64,000 nt of DNA from an uncultured Ruminococcus sp. (GTDB lineage Bacteria > Bacillota > Clostridia > Oscillospirales > Ruminococcaceae), in NCBI GenBank assembly GCA_946413815.1, contig CAMKMD010000014.1, positions 1,048 to 65,047 of the forward strand, written 5' to 3'. The translations under genes and the position numbers were made by a program. Positions within the stretch are counted from its first letter, which is position 1. Each line of letters opens with the position of its first letter. Below are positions 37,316-45,212 of the stretch, in pieces. The notes under the pieces were generated by a model. It was not told the origin of the DNA and did not search any database. It worked only from the letters and a program-made list of their open reading frames with translations.

Positions 37316-37591
37316 ATGTACGAAGACAAGACTTTAGTCTGCAAGGACTGCGGAAACGAGTTCGTATTCACTGCAGGCGAGCAGGAGTTCTATGCTGAGA
37401 AAGGCTTTGAGCATGAGCCTCAGAGATGCAAGACTTGCCGTGACGCAAGAAAGAACTCCGGAAGAGCTGAGAGAGTAATGTACACAGGTGTATGCGCTAC
37501 CTGCGGCGGCGAGGCAAAGGTTCCCTTTGAACCCCGTGACGGCAGACCTGTATACTGCAGCGACTGCTACGCTAAGCTCAGCGCAGAATAA
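37316..37591 (+). CDS. CxxC-x17-CxxC zinc-ribbon protein
   Basis: CKDCGNEFVFTAGEQEFYAEKGFEHEPQRCKTCR followed by CATCGGEAKVPFEPRDGRPVYCSDCY. Confidence 0.75.
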   Translation: MYEDKTLVCKDCGNEFVFTAGEQEFYAEKGFEHEPQRCKTCRDARKNSGRAERVMYTGVCATCGGEAKVPFEPRDGRPVYCSDCYAKLSAE

Positions 37592-37607
37592 TCTCTGCAT
37601 ATATTTC

Positions 37608-37632
37608 AAGGCACAGCTACGGCTGTGCCTTG
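37608..37632 (+). terminator. Hairpin after the zinc-ribbon gene (weak T-run)
   Basis: Stem aaggcacagc/gctgtgcctt with 4-nt loop. Confidence 0.45.
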
Positions 37633-37700
37633 GATTATATAAGGACCTGTTAACGAATATTGACAAAATTAAAACAATGTTATAGAAAGGATGATATGAA

Positions 37701-37904
37701 ATGCAGATCACAAAAGATACCATCATTGGCGATATCCTCGATACAGATTTCGAGGTAGCACCTTTCTTCCTTGAGATCGGTATGCACTGCCTTGGATGCC
37801 CCGCTTCAAGAGGAGAATCCATCGAAGAAGCCTGCGCTGTTCACGGCACTGATGCAGACGCTCTCGTAGCTAAGCTCAACGATTACTTCGCTAACAAGGC
37901 TTGA
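37701..37904 (+). CDS. DUF1858-type small protein (hybrid-cluster-protein-associated redox disulfide domain)
   Basis: ITKDTIIGDILDTDFEVAPFFLEIGMHCLGCPASRGESIEEACAVHG matches the DUF1858 pattern with its CxxC. Confidence 0.7.
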   Translation: MQITKDTIIGDILDTDFEVAPFFLEIGMHCLGCPASRGESIEEACAVHGTDADALVAKLNDYFANKA

Positions 37905-37912
37905 TTCTTACG

Positions 37913-37942
37913 GCGTGCCGCGCTCCGGCACGCTCTTTTTTT
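37913..37942 (+). terminator. Rho-independent terminator
   Basis: Stem gcgtgccg/cggcacgc (37913-37920 and 37926-37933), then tcttttttt. Confidence 0.8.
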
Positions 37943-37954
37943 GGGAGGTTCATT

Positions 37955-39406
37955 ATGCTTGACAACAGACTGAAGCTTTGTGCGGAAATGGTGAGCGGTA
38001 CCGGATGTGTATGCGACATCGGCACCGACCACGCACTTCTTGCCGCAGAGCTCATAACATCCGGGAAATGTACTAAGGTCATCGCATCGGATATAAAGGA
38101 GGGCCCGCTTGAATCCGCAAAGCGTACTGTTGAGAAGTACGGCATTGAGGACAAGGTGGAGCTTGTACTCTCCGACGGCCTTGCAAACGTGCCGCTTGAG
38201 GGAGTCGGCGATATCGTGATAGCCGGTATGGGCGGCGAGACTATCGCCGATATAATAGAGGACTGCCGCGAGCTGCCGTATTCCGATATAAGGCTGATAC
38301 TTCAGCCCATGACTAAGGCCGAGGAGCTGCGGAGAAGGCTCTTCAGCGCCGGATATACCATAGAGAGCGAGCGTGCTGCCGAGGATTCCGGAAGGCTTTA
38401 TACAGTTATCTGCGCAAGGTGGAACGAGAACTGGACGGAGCTTACCGAATATGAAGCCTCAGCGGGATTCTTTGCGGAGGATGATGAATCCGGAAAGAGG
38501 TACCGTATGGCAGAAGCAGAGCGCTTCGGCAGGATAGTTGATCCTCTCGGCGCTGCGGGAAAGCATAATGAAGCAGTACACGCCTCCGCCATGCAGTACA
38601 AGCTCACCAACGGAACAGATACGGTCCCGCTCTCTGAGATATATGACTATCTTGACAGCCTCTACCCCTTCTCCACACAGGACAGCTGGGACAACTCCGG
38701 CCTGCTCGTCGAGAGCAGCAACAGCGAGGTAAGGAAGATACTGCTCACTCTGGATATAGATGCCAGAGCCATAAGCGAAGCGGAGAACAAGTCGGCAGAC
38801 CTTATCATCTCCCACCACCCCGTAATTTTCGACCCGCTCAGAAAACTCAGATTCAGCGATCCCGTGTTCAGGCTTGCCGAGGACGGTATCTCCGCTCTTT
38901 GTATGCACACCAATGTTGACAAGGCAGCGGGCGGCACCAACGGAGTGATCCTCCGCAGACTGACAGAGAGGCTCACCCTTGCATCAGAGCCGGAGATATT
39001 CGAGGATACGGGTGACGGCCTCGGCTACGGCTGGATATGCGAGCTTGAGGAGAAGATGGATCCCCGCGACTTCGGCGGTATACTCAAGGAGGTATTCGGT
39101 TGTGAGTATGTCCGCATGACAGCGCAGGGCAGACACCGCATCAGGCGTTTTGCCTTCTGCTCGGGCTCCGGCGGCTCGACCCTCGGACTTGCGGAAGCCA
39201 AGGGCTGTGATGCCTATATCACCGGTGATGTGAAGCACAGCGTCTGGATTGAAGCAAACAATATCCACCTCTCTCTGTATGACTGCGGCCACTTCCATAC
39301 AGAGAACCTTGTCCTTGAGGAATTCCGCAGGATGCTTGAGGAGAAGTATCCGCAGCTCGATATCGAGATAAGCGGCAGCTCCGGCGATCCCTGCGAGTAC
39401 ATCTGA
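37955..39406 (+). CDS. trmK: Fusion protein: tRNA (adenine22-N1)-methyltransferase TrmK domain plus NIF3-family dinuclear-metal domain
   Basis: N-terminal part: LDNRLKLCAEMV...CDIGTDHALLAAELI...IASDIKEGPL...VIAGMGGETI (TrmK). From about residue 223: WDNSGLLVES...DLIISHHPVIFDP...TGDVKHS...CGHFHTE (NIF3). One uninterrupted frame. RBS gggagg. Confidence 0.8.
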   Translation: MLDNRLKLCAEMVSGTGCVCDIGTDHALLAAELITSGKCTKVIASDIKEGPLESAKRTVEKYGIEDKVELVLSDGLANVPLEGVGDIVIAGMGGETIADIIEDCRELPYSDIRLILQPMTKAEELRRRLFSAGYTIESERAAEDSGRLYTVICARWNENWTELTEYEASAGFFAEDDESGKRYRMAEAERFGRIVDPLGAAGKHNEAVHASAMQYKLTNGTDTVPLSEIYDYLDSLYPFSTQDSWDNSGLLVESSNSEVRKILLTLDIDARAISEAENKSADLIISHHPVIFDPLRKLRFSDPVFRLAEDGISALCMHTNVDKAAGGTNGVILRRLTERLTLASEPEIFEDTGDGLGYGWICELEEKMDPRDFGGILKEVFGCEYVRMTAQGRHRIRRFAFCSGSGGSTLGLAEAKGCDAYITGDVKHSVWIEANNIHLSLYDCGHFHTENLVLEEFRRMLEEKYPQLDIEISGSSGDPCEYI

Positions 39407-39414
39407 GGTGCGGC

Positions 39415-40245
39415 ATGGCTGATATGATACTTGCCTGTCCGGTGTGCGGTGAAAGACTCGCCATAACCGGAAGGAGCTATACCTGTCCGGCGAGGCACTG
39501 CTTTGATATGGCAAAAAGCGGATATGTTAACCTGCTGCTGTCGAAGCACATCGGCAAGGCGGTCCACGGTGACAACCGCCTTATGGTACAGGCGCGCCGT
39601 GACTTCCTTGAAAAGGGCTACTACTCATCTCTCCGTGATGCGGTATGCCGTCAGGCAGTGAAACTCCTGCCGGAGGGCGGCACCGTTCTTGATGCCGGCT
39701 GCGGTGAGGGCTACTATACACAGGGCATAAAGTCGGCATTCGATGAAGCGGTCATACCAGTGGATATGTATGGTATTGATATATCCAAGACGGCAGCGGA
39801 GTTTGCAGCGAAGCGCCGCTGCGGAGTGACCTTTGCGGCCGCAAGTGTCTTCCATCTGCCAGTCATGGGATCCTCCTGCGATATGCTCATAACCATGTTC
39901 GCACCCTATGCGGGGGAGGAATTCCGGAGAGTACTCCGCCCCGGCGGCAGGATGATAATGGCCATCCCCTCAGAGGAACACCTCTGGGAACTGAAGCAGG
40001 CCGTCTATGACACCCCCTACCGCAACGAGGTAAAGGGGTATGAGCTGGAGGGCTTTGAATTCATCGGCAGCGAGCGTGTCACCTTCAATATGGAACTCGG
40101 CTCACAGGAGGATATACAGAGCCTCTTCTCAATGACCCCGTACTACTACCGCACCGGAAAGGCCGAGCAGCAACGCCTTGCCGCCCTCCCGTCACTTACA
40201 GTGAAGGCGGATTTCGAAGTGCTGACCTACCGAACGATATCTTAG
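39415..40245 (+). CDS. RlmA-type 23S rRNA (guanine-N1)-methyltransferase
   Basis: N-terminal zinc motif CPVCGERL...YTCPARHCFDMAKSGYVNLL. SAM motif VLDAGCGEGYY. Confidence 0.8.
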   Translation: MADMILACPVCGERLAITGRSYTCPARHCFDMAKSGYVNLLLSKHIGKAVHGDNRLMVQARRDFLEKGYYSSLRDAVCRQAVKLLPEGGTVLDAGCGEGYYTQGIKSAFDEAVIPVDMYGIDISKTAAEFAAKRRCGVTFAAASVFHLPVMGSSCDMLITMFAPYAGEEFRRVLRPGGRMIMAIPSEEHLWELKQAVYDTPYRNEVKGYELEGFEFIGSERVTFNMELGSQEDIQSLFSMTPYYYRTGKAEQQRLAALPSLTVKADFEVLTYRTIS

Positions 40246-40260
40246 TAAAGGACTGATCCT

Positions 40261-42012
40261 ATGGCTCTCGACGGAGCATTTCTCTATGCGATAAAAAGCG
40301 AATTACAGCCTCTTATAGGCGGCAGGGTGGAGAAGATACACCAGCCGTCAAGGGAGGAGATAATAATATCCATACGCACCCGTCAGGGCAGCAGGAAGGT
40401 ATATATATCGGCAAATGCCGGAAGTGCGAGGGTACACATAACGGAAAAATCCGTAGACAACCCCCAGACTCCGCCCATGTTCTGTATGCTCCTCCGCAAG
40501 CGCCTCGGCAGCGGCAAGCTCATGGACATACGCCAGGACGGCCTTGAACGTATACTCTTCCTTGACTTCGAGTGCGTGAACGAGCTGGGCGACATCGTGA
40601 CAGTCACCCTTGCCTGCGAGATTATGGGACGATGCTCCAACCTTGTTGTCATAGGACAGGACGGCAGGGTGATAGACAGCATCAAGCGAGTAGACGGCGA
40701 GATGTCCCGTGAGAGAATGGTACTCCCGGGAATGCAGTACACCATGCCACCCCGTGATGACCGTCTCTGTTTCCTTACCGCAGAACCGGAGGAGATAGTG
40801 AAACGTCTCCATGAGACACAGCCCGCAGAGCTTTCCAAAGCCATGATACGTGTATTCGAGGGCATATCGCCGGTGCTTGCCCGCGAGTGGGCTTTCTTCG
40901 CCGGCAGGGGAGCGCACCTTGAAAGTGATACCATAGAAGGCGATCAGCTTGACCGTCTTCTCTTCACCATAAAGCGCACCCGTGAGCAGCTCACAGGCGG
41001 CGAGTGCTGCTTCTCCTCAGTCAGCGACAAGGAGGGTATGCTGAAGGATTTCAGCTTTATCCGTCTTTCCCAGTTCGGCACCCTGATGTATACCCGTGAG
41101 CATGAAAGCGCCTCCGCCCTCCTCGACTACTTCTACTATGAGCGCGACCGCGCCGCAAGGACGAAGCAGAGGGCAAATGACCTCTTCAAGCTGCTGATGA
41201 ACCTTACCGACCGAACCTCACGCCGTATCTCCGTACAGCAGGAGGAGCTCTCCGCATGCGCCGAGAAGGAGCAGTTCAAGCTCTGCGGCGACCTTATCTC
41301 CGCAAATATGTACCGCATACAGAAGGGTGACGAGAAGGCGGTAGTTGAGAACTTCTACGAGGAGGGAACTCCCTCCGTCGAGATAAAGCTGGACCCGAGG
41401 AAGACTCCCTCACAGAATGCCCAGCACTACTACAGCGAATACAAGAAGTGCGTAACGGCGGAATCCGTCCTTGCACAGCAGATAGACAAGGGACAGGAGG
41501 AACTCCAGTACCTCGACAGCGTATTCGATGCCCTCACAAGAGCCTCAGGCGAGAACGATATCACGCAGCTCCGCCTTGAACTGAGCGAGCAGGGCTATAT
41601 CCGTTCCGGCGGCAACAAGACGAAGCCCCCGAAGGCTCTTCCGCCGGTGGAGTACCGCTCCTCTGACGGCTATACCATACTCGTCGGCCGCAACAACCAC
41701 CAGAACGACCAGCTCTCCCTGAAATACGCGGAGAAGACGGATATATGGCTCCATACCCAGACCATCACGGGCTCTCATGTCATCATCGTCACCGGCGGCG
41801 AGACTCCTCCCGACAGGACCATAGAGGAGGCGGCCATAATAGCGGCAGTCAACAGCCGCGGCAGGTCATCCAGCCTTGTGCCCGTGGATTACTGCCTTGC
41901 CCGCTATGTGAAGAAGCCCTCCGGCGCCAAGCCCGGAAAGGTGATATTCACCAACTATCAGACCGCATTCGTGAAGCCCGATACAGAGCTTGAAGAGAAG
42001 CTGAGAGTATGA
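40261..42012 (+). CDS. rqcH: Ribosome quality-control NFACT protein RqcH (FbpA family)
   Basis: MALDGAFLYAIKSELQPLIGGRVEKIHQPSREEI. Coiled-coil middle section. C-terminal ILVGRNNHQNDQLS...DIWLHTQTITGSHVII. Confidence 0.85.
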   Translation: MALDGAFLYAIKSELQPLIGGRVEKIHQPSREEIIISIRTRQGSRKVYISANAGSARVHITEKSVDNPQTPPMFCMLLRKRLGSGKLMDIRQDGLERILFLDFECVNELGDIVTVTLACEIMGRCSNLVVIGQDGRVIDSIKRVDGEMSRERMVLPGMQYTMPPRDDRLCFLTAEPEEIVKRLHETQPAELSKAMIRVFEGISPVLAREWAFFAGRGAHLESDTIEGDQLDRLLFTIKRTREQLTGGECCFSSVSDKEGMLKDFSFIRLSQFGTLMYTREHESASALLDYFYYERDRAARTKQRANDLFKLLMNLTDRTSRRISVQQEELSACAEKEQFKLCGDLISANMYRIQKGDEKAVVENFYEEGTPSVEIKLDPRKTPSQNAQHYYSEYKKCVTAESVLAQQIDKGQEELQYLDSVFDALTRASGENDITQLRLELSEQGYIRSGGNKTKPPKALPPVEYRSSDGYTILVGRNNHQNDQLSLKYAEKTDIWLHTQTITGSHVIIVTGGETPPDRTIEEAAIIAAVNSRGRSSSLVPVDYCLARYVKKPSGAKPGKVIFTNYQTAFVKPDTELEEKLRV

Positions 42013-42524
42013 TAATAGGAAAAGAATTCTTCAGCCGTGATGTGCTGGAGGCAGCCCCCGACCTTGTGGGGAAGATAATAGTACGTACTTTCCCCGACGG
42101 CACCGAGCTGCGGGAGAGGATAACCGAGACCGAGGCTTACTGCGGCGAGGAGGACAGAGCCTGCCATGCTTCAAAGGGCAGGACGAAACGCACGGAGCTC
42201 CTCTACGGCGAGCCGGGTATCATATATGTATATCTCTGCTACGGTATGCACTGGCTCATGAATATCATCACCGGAGAGAACGGACAGCCTCAGGGCATAC
42301 TTATACGCTGCGGAGAGGTCCATGACGGTCCCGCTAAGCTGACAAAGCACCTGAATATAGACGGCAGCTTCAACGGTGTCCCCTGCTGGGGCAGGGCGGA
42401 TATCCGCATCGAGGACGACGGATACCGGCCGGAGCTGAGAACTGCCCCGAGAGTCGGGATAGACTACGCCGGAGAGCCGTGGATTAGCAAGCCCTGGCGT
42501 TTCATAGCGGAGGACAGACCATGA
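42009..42524 (+). CDS. DNA-3-methyladenine glycosylase, Mpg/AAG family
   Basis: FFSRDVLEAAPDLVGKIIV...ITETEAYCGEEDRACHASKGRTKRTELLYGEPGIIYVYLCYGMHWLMNIIT. The ATG overlaps the rqcH stop. Confidence 0.9.
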   Translation: MIIGKEFFSRDVLEAAPDLVGKIIVRTFPDGTELRERITETEAYCGEEDRACHASKGRTKRTELLYGEPGIIYVYLCYGMHWLMNIITGENGQPQGILIRCGEVHDGPAKLTKHLNIDGSFNGVPCWGRADIRIEDDGYRPELRTAPRVGIDYAGEPWISKPWRFIAEDRP

Positions 42525-43291
42525 ATATAATAAGTGCAGGCTACGGCTCCGTCTATGAAGAAGGGCAGTCCATAAGTCCGCCGCCTGAGCAGGGCAGCTG
42601 TATGCTGCTCCTTGCAAGGACGGATGCAGTCTTCATCCTTGACGGTGCAGAGGAATATCTTTCTGCCGGTGCTCTCGTCCTCTGCGGCGGCGGTACGGAC
42701 AGCACCGTCTGCGGGGATAACGGTCATCTTGTCTGTGACTGGGTCTGCTTCGACCCCGAAGGCGACAGGGAGGCTCTTGATGCCTCCGGCCTTGTGACCG
42801 GAGCTCCCGTGAGGTATGCCGACCCCGAACTTGTGAGCCGGCTGATACGCTCCATAGCGGGGGAGTTCTATTCCCTCAGTTCCCGACGGGGCAAGAATCT
42901 CGAGCTGCTTCTCCGGACGCTCCTTCTCACGGCATCACCGCCCGCAGGCGGAGATACACAGCAGTCAGCCGAACCGCACTACAGCGCCATGAAGGAGCTG
43001 CGTGAGAAGATATACCGTACACCGCAGCTGAAATGGAACGTTGATGCAATGGCGGCGGAGGTAAATATGTCACGTTCCTACTTCCAGCACATCTACCGGG
43101 AGCTTTTCGGAGTATCCTGCATGACAGACGTTATCAGCAGCAAGATAGAGAAGGCGAAGGAGATACTCAGCGAGACCTCCTGCACCGTCTCACAGGTTGC
43201 TGCCATGTGCGGCTATGACAACGAGGAGCATTTCATGCGCCAGTTCAAGAAGACGGTGGGAGTTACTCCTACACGCTACAGAAAGAAATAA
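42521..43291 (+). CDS. AraC-family transcriptional regulator
   Basis: C-terminal double HTH WNVDAMAAEVNMSRSYFQHIYRELFG...VAAMCGYDNEEHFMRQFKKTVGVTPTRYRK. The ATG overlaps the glycosylase stop. Confidence 0.85.
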   Translation: MNIISAGYGSVYEEGQSISPPPEQGSCMLLLARTDAVFILDGAEEYLSAGALVLCGGGTDSTVCGDNGHLVCDWVCFDPEGDREALDASGLVTGAPVRYADPELVSRLIRSIAGEFYSLSSRRGKNLELLLRTLLLTASPPAGGDTQQSAEPHYSAMKELREKIYRTPQLKWNVDAMAAEVNMSRSYFQHIYRELFGVSCMTDVISSKIEKAKEILSETSCTVSQVAAMCGYDNEEHFMRQFKKTVGVTPTRYRKK

Positions 43292-43324
43292 GGTCCTGTA
43301 TCAGCATAAGCCGGTACAGGACCT
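43291..43324. terminator. Bidirectional hairpin between convergent genes
   Basis: 10-bp stem aggtcctgta/tacaggacct with 14-nt loop, A-rich on the 5' side and T-rich on the 3' side. Confidence 0.6.
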
Positions 43325-43331
43325 TTGTTGT

Positions 43332-44522
43332 TTACGGATTTACGGGAACGATGGTAACAGCCATTTTGCCCATTTCCTCGAATCTCTTCTCAACGGTCTT
43401 CTTGTCATAGTAGGTATTCTTCTGACTGAGTGGATCGTTGAAGACATAGCATTTATCGGTGTATCCCACGAGCACAAGGCAGTGCTCGTTGTATCGCCAG
43501 GTGAAGAACTTCTTGTCATCGGCGTAGGCTGTGAGACCGAAACTGAATGTGGTCTCTCCGCTGTTTTCGGGAGCTGCGGTGTCTGCCTCAGCGGGTACCT
43601 CGGGTTCGGGCTGAGGGGCTGCTGTCTCTGCCGGAGGTGCTTCAGTCTCTGCGGGCTGCTCCGGTGCGGGAGGCGGGGGCGGCAGATCCTGTGGCTGAGG
43701 CTGCTCCGGTGCAGGCTGCTCCGGTGCGGGCTGCTCAGGAGCGGGAGCCTCTGTAGGCGCGGCTTCCGTAGTCGTTGTAGTGGAAACTGTTGTTTCCGTA
43801 GTCGTGGTAGTGGTTGTGGTAACAGTAGTTGTAGCAGTAAGCTGTGCCTCTTCGAGAACCCAGGTGAACTGGCTCTCACTGGTGGGCTCCATGAACATAC
43901 TTGCCCAAATAAGTACGGGATAACCGTTATTGATGTATCTCTTGCATATATCCTCAAGCTCCATACCGTCGAGCCTTGAAGGTCCGAGGTCGGTATCGGC
44001 GAGGTACTTGTCGAGGCATTTATTGATAGCGCCGCTGTAGCAGCCGAAGCCGCCGTCATCCAGCGGGTCGCCTATGAAGTACTCGTGGGGGCTGTTGCCG
44101 TGAAGCTCTCCGTCATCGAAGCCTTCCGCGGTTACGATGGAAGTGCCGATGTATCCCTGCTTTACGAGGTCACCGGCCGAGATATCGAATCCGTGGAACT
44201 TCAGCAGCATGGAAGTGCTTACGAGCTCACATCCAGTGGGATATCCCTCTGCGGTCTGGGAAATAAAAGGGACATCGAGCACGGCCTCTGTTTTGGTGCT
44301 CTCCCTGGGATCGAGTATCTTTGCAGTAGGCTTGACAGTTGCCGTAGTCTCCGGTGCAGTTGTCGCAGCGGGCGGGGCAGTGGTGGTCTCGACTTCCTCA
44401 ACTGCTGAAACATCCGGCTTGGCATCTGTGAATTCAGCAGATGCCACCACCGAGGTCAGCACGGCAAGCAGCACGAGACCTATGACAGGCAGCTTTTTCA
44501 GATTTTCAAGGACTCTGTTCAT
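43332..44522 (-). CDS. Secreted C39-like (YvpB-type) papain-fold peptidase with internal Thr/Pro-rich insert
   Basis: Signal peptide. LDVPFISQTAEGYPTGCELVSTSMLL (Cys). YPVLIWASM. NEHCLVLVGYTDKCYVFNDP (His/Asp). Low-complexity segment between residues about 229 and 322. Confidence 0.7.
   Translation of the reverse strand: MNRVLENLKKLPVIGLVLLAVLTSVVASAEFTDAKPDVSAVEEVETTTAPPAATTAPETTATVKPTAKILDPRESTKTEAVLDVPFISQTAEGYPTGCELVSTSMLLKFHGFDISAGDLVKQGYIGTSIVTAEGFDDGELHGNSPHEYFIGDPLDDGGFGCYSGAINKCLDKYLADTDLGPSRLDGMELEDICKRYINNGYPVLIWASMFMEPTSESQFTWVLEEAQLTATTTVTTTTTTTTETTVSTTTTTEAAPTEAPAPEQPAPEQPAPEQPQPQDLPPPPPAPEQPAETEAPPAETAAPQPEPEVPAEADTAAPENSGETTFSFGLTAYADDKKFFTWRYNEHCLVLVGYTDKCYVFNDPLSQKNTYYDKKTVEKRFEEMGKMAVTIVPVNP
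43650..43745 (-). repeat. 15-bp coding repeats (PEQPA units)
   Basis: On the plus strand, ggctgctccggtgca / ggctgctccggtgcg / ggctgctcaggagcg at 43699-43743, plus a related copy near 43652. Confidence 0.85.
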
Positions 44523-44634
44523 TATGGCTATCTCTCATCTTTCCTATGATTGATGTACTGCAAACGAGGGGAGCTGAGCGTATCTGACAAAAGCTGCATC
44601 GTATGGTATCCGCTTTCATTCGCAGTCATATATT

Positions 44635-44663
44635 ATTATCCGTCATAATCACAAAAATGTCAA
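44635..44663 (-). promoter_or_regulatory. Possible SigA-type promoter for the C39-like gene
   Basis: Minus strand: TTGACA (44663-44658), 17-nt spacer, GATAAT (44640-44635). Confidence 0.35.
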
Positions 44664-44721
44664 GTGGTAAATATTGATATATGAAAAAAATATTGCTCAG
44701 TACAGAACTTCATCGGTGATG

Positions 44722-44748
44722 AAAAAAGGACGCTCCGCCGGAACGTCC
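44722..44748 (-). terminator. Rho-independent terminator after rpmB
   Basis: Minus strand: ggacgttccg...cggagcgtcc stem followed by ttttttt. Confidence 0.8.
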
Positions 44749-44767
44749 CCTGAATTCTAATGTAACC

Positions 44768-44956
44768 TTAGTTAGCTCTCTCAACCTTACCTGAACGCAG
44801 GCATCTTGAGCAAGCGTAGATATGACAAGGAGTACCCTTGACGATAGCCTTAACACGCTTTACATTAGGCTTCCATGTTCTGTTTGCACGTCTATGGGAG
44901 TGGGAAACCTTGATTCCGAAAGTAACTCCCTTTCCGCAGATATCACATTTTGCCAT
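44768..44956 (-). CDS. rpmB: 50S ribosomal protein L28
   Basis: MAKCDICGKGVTFGIKVSHSHRRANRTWKPNVKRVK. RBS aaggagg. Confidence 0.95.
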   Translation of the reverse strand: MAKCDICGKGVTFGIKVSHSHRRANRTWKPNVKRVKAIVKGTPCHIYACSRCLRSGKVERAN

Positions 44957-45021
44957 CAGGCTGCACCTCCTTATAGTCTGAGTCCGTCTAATAACTACAT
45001 GATTTATAAGACAACATGATT

Positions 45022-45050
45022 ATTCTAACACATTTTCAAAAGAAATGCAA
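45022..45050 (-). promoter_or_regulatory. SigA-type promoter for rpmB
   Basis: Minus strand: TTGCAT (45050-45045), 17-nt spacer ending in TGt, TAGAAT (45027-45022). Confidence 0.5.
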
Positions 45051-45108
45051 GCCTTTTTTATAAAAAAAACGATTTTTTTTTAAAAGGCTGTAAAATTGCT
45101 TGCAGGAC

Positions 45109-45137
45109 TTGAAAAATTTGTGCATTTGTAGTATAAT
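45109..45137 (+). promoter_or_regulatory. SigA-type promoter for the M50-like/scpAB operon
   Basis: TTGAAA (45109-45114), 17-nt spacer, TATAAT (45132-45137). Confidence 0.55.
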
Positions 45138-45212
45138 AGAAAATGGACATCCATATACGGATATTTATTTATTGATTTAGTGTAAAATTATTTACTCAGG
45201 AGTAACGTTTAT

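Noticed and set aside
43197-44059. Alternative-frame ORFs (260 aa on plus, 239 aa on minus) across the Thr/Pro-repeat region
   Set aside because: Their Cys/Arg/Leu- or Pro/Ser/Arg-rich translations are by-products of the GC-rich repeat. The C39-like frame has a signal peptide and catalytic motifs.
45062-45081. A8-cga-T9 inverted tract between divergent rpmB and the M50-like gene
   Set aside because: An A/T-only hairpin would be unstable. It is more likely promoter-region AT-rich or UP-element-like DNA than a discrete element.
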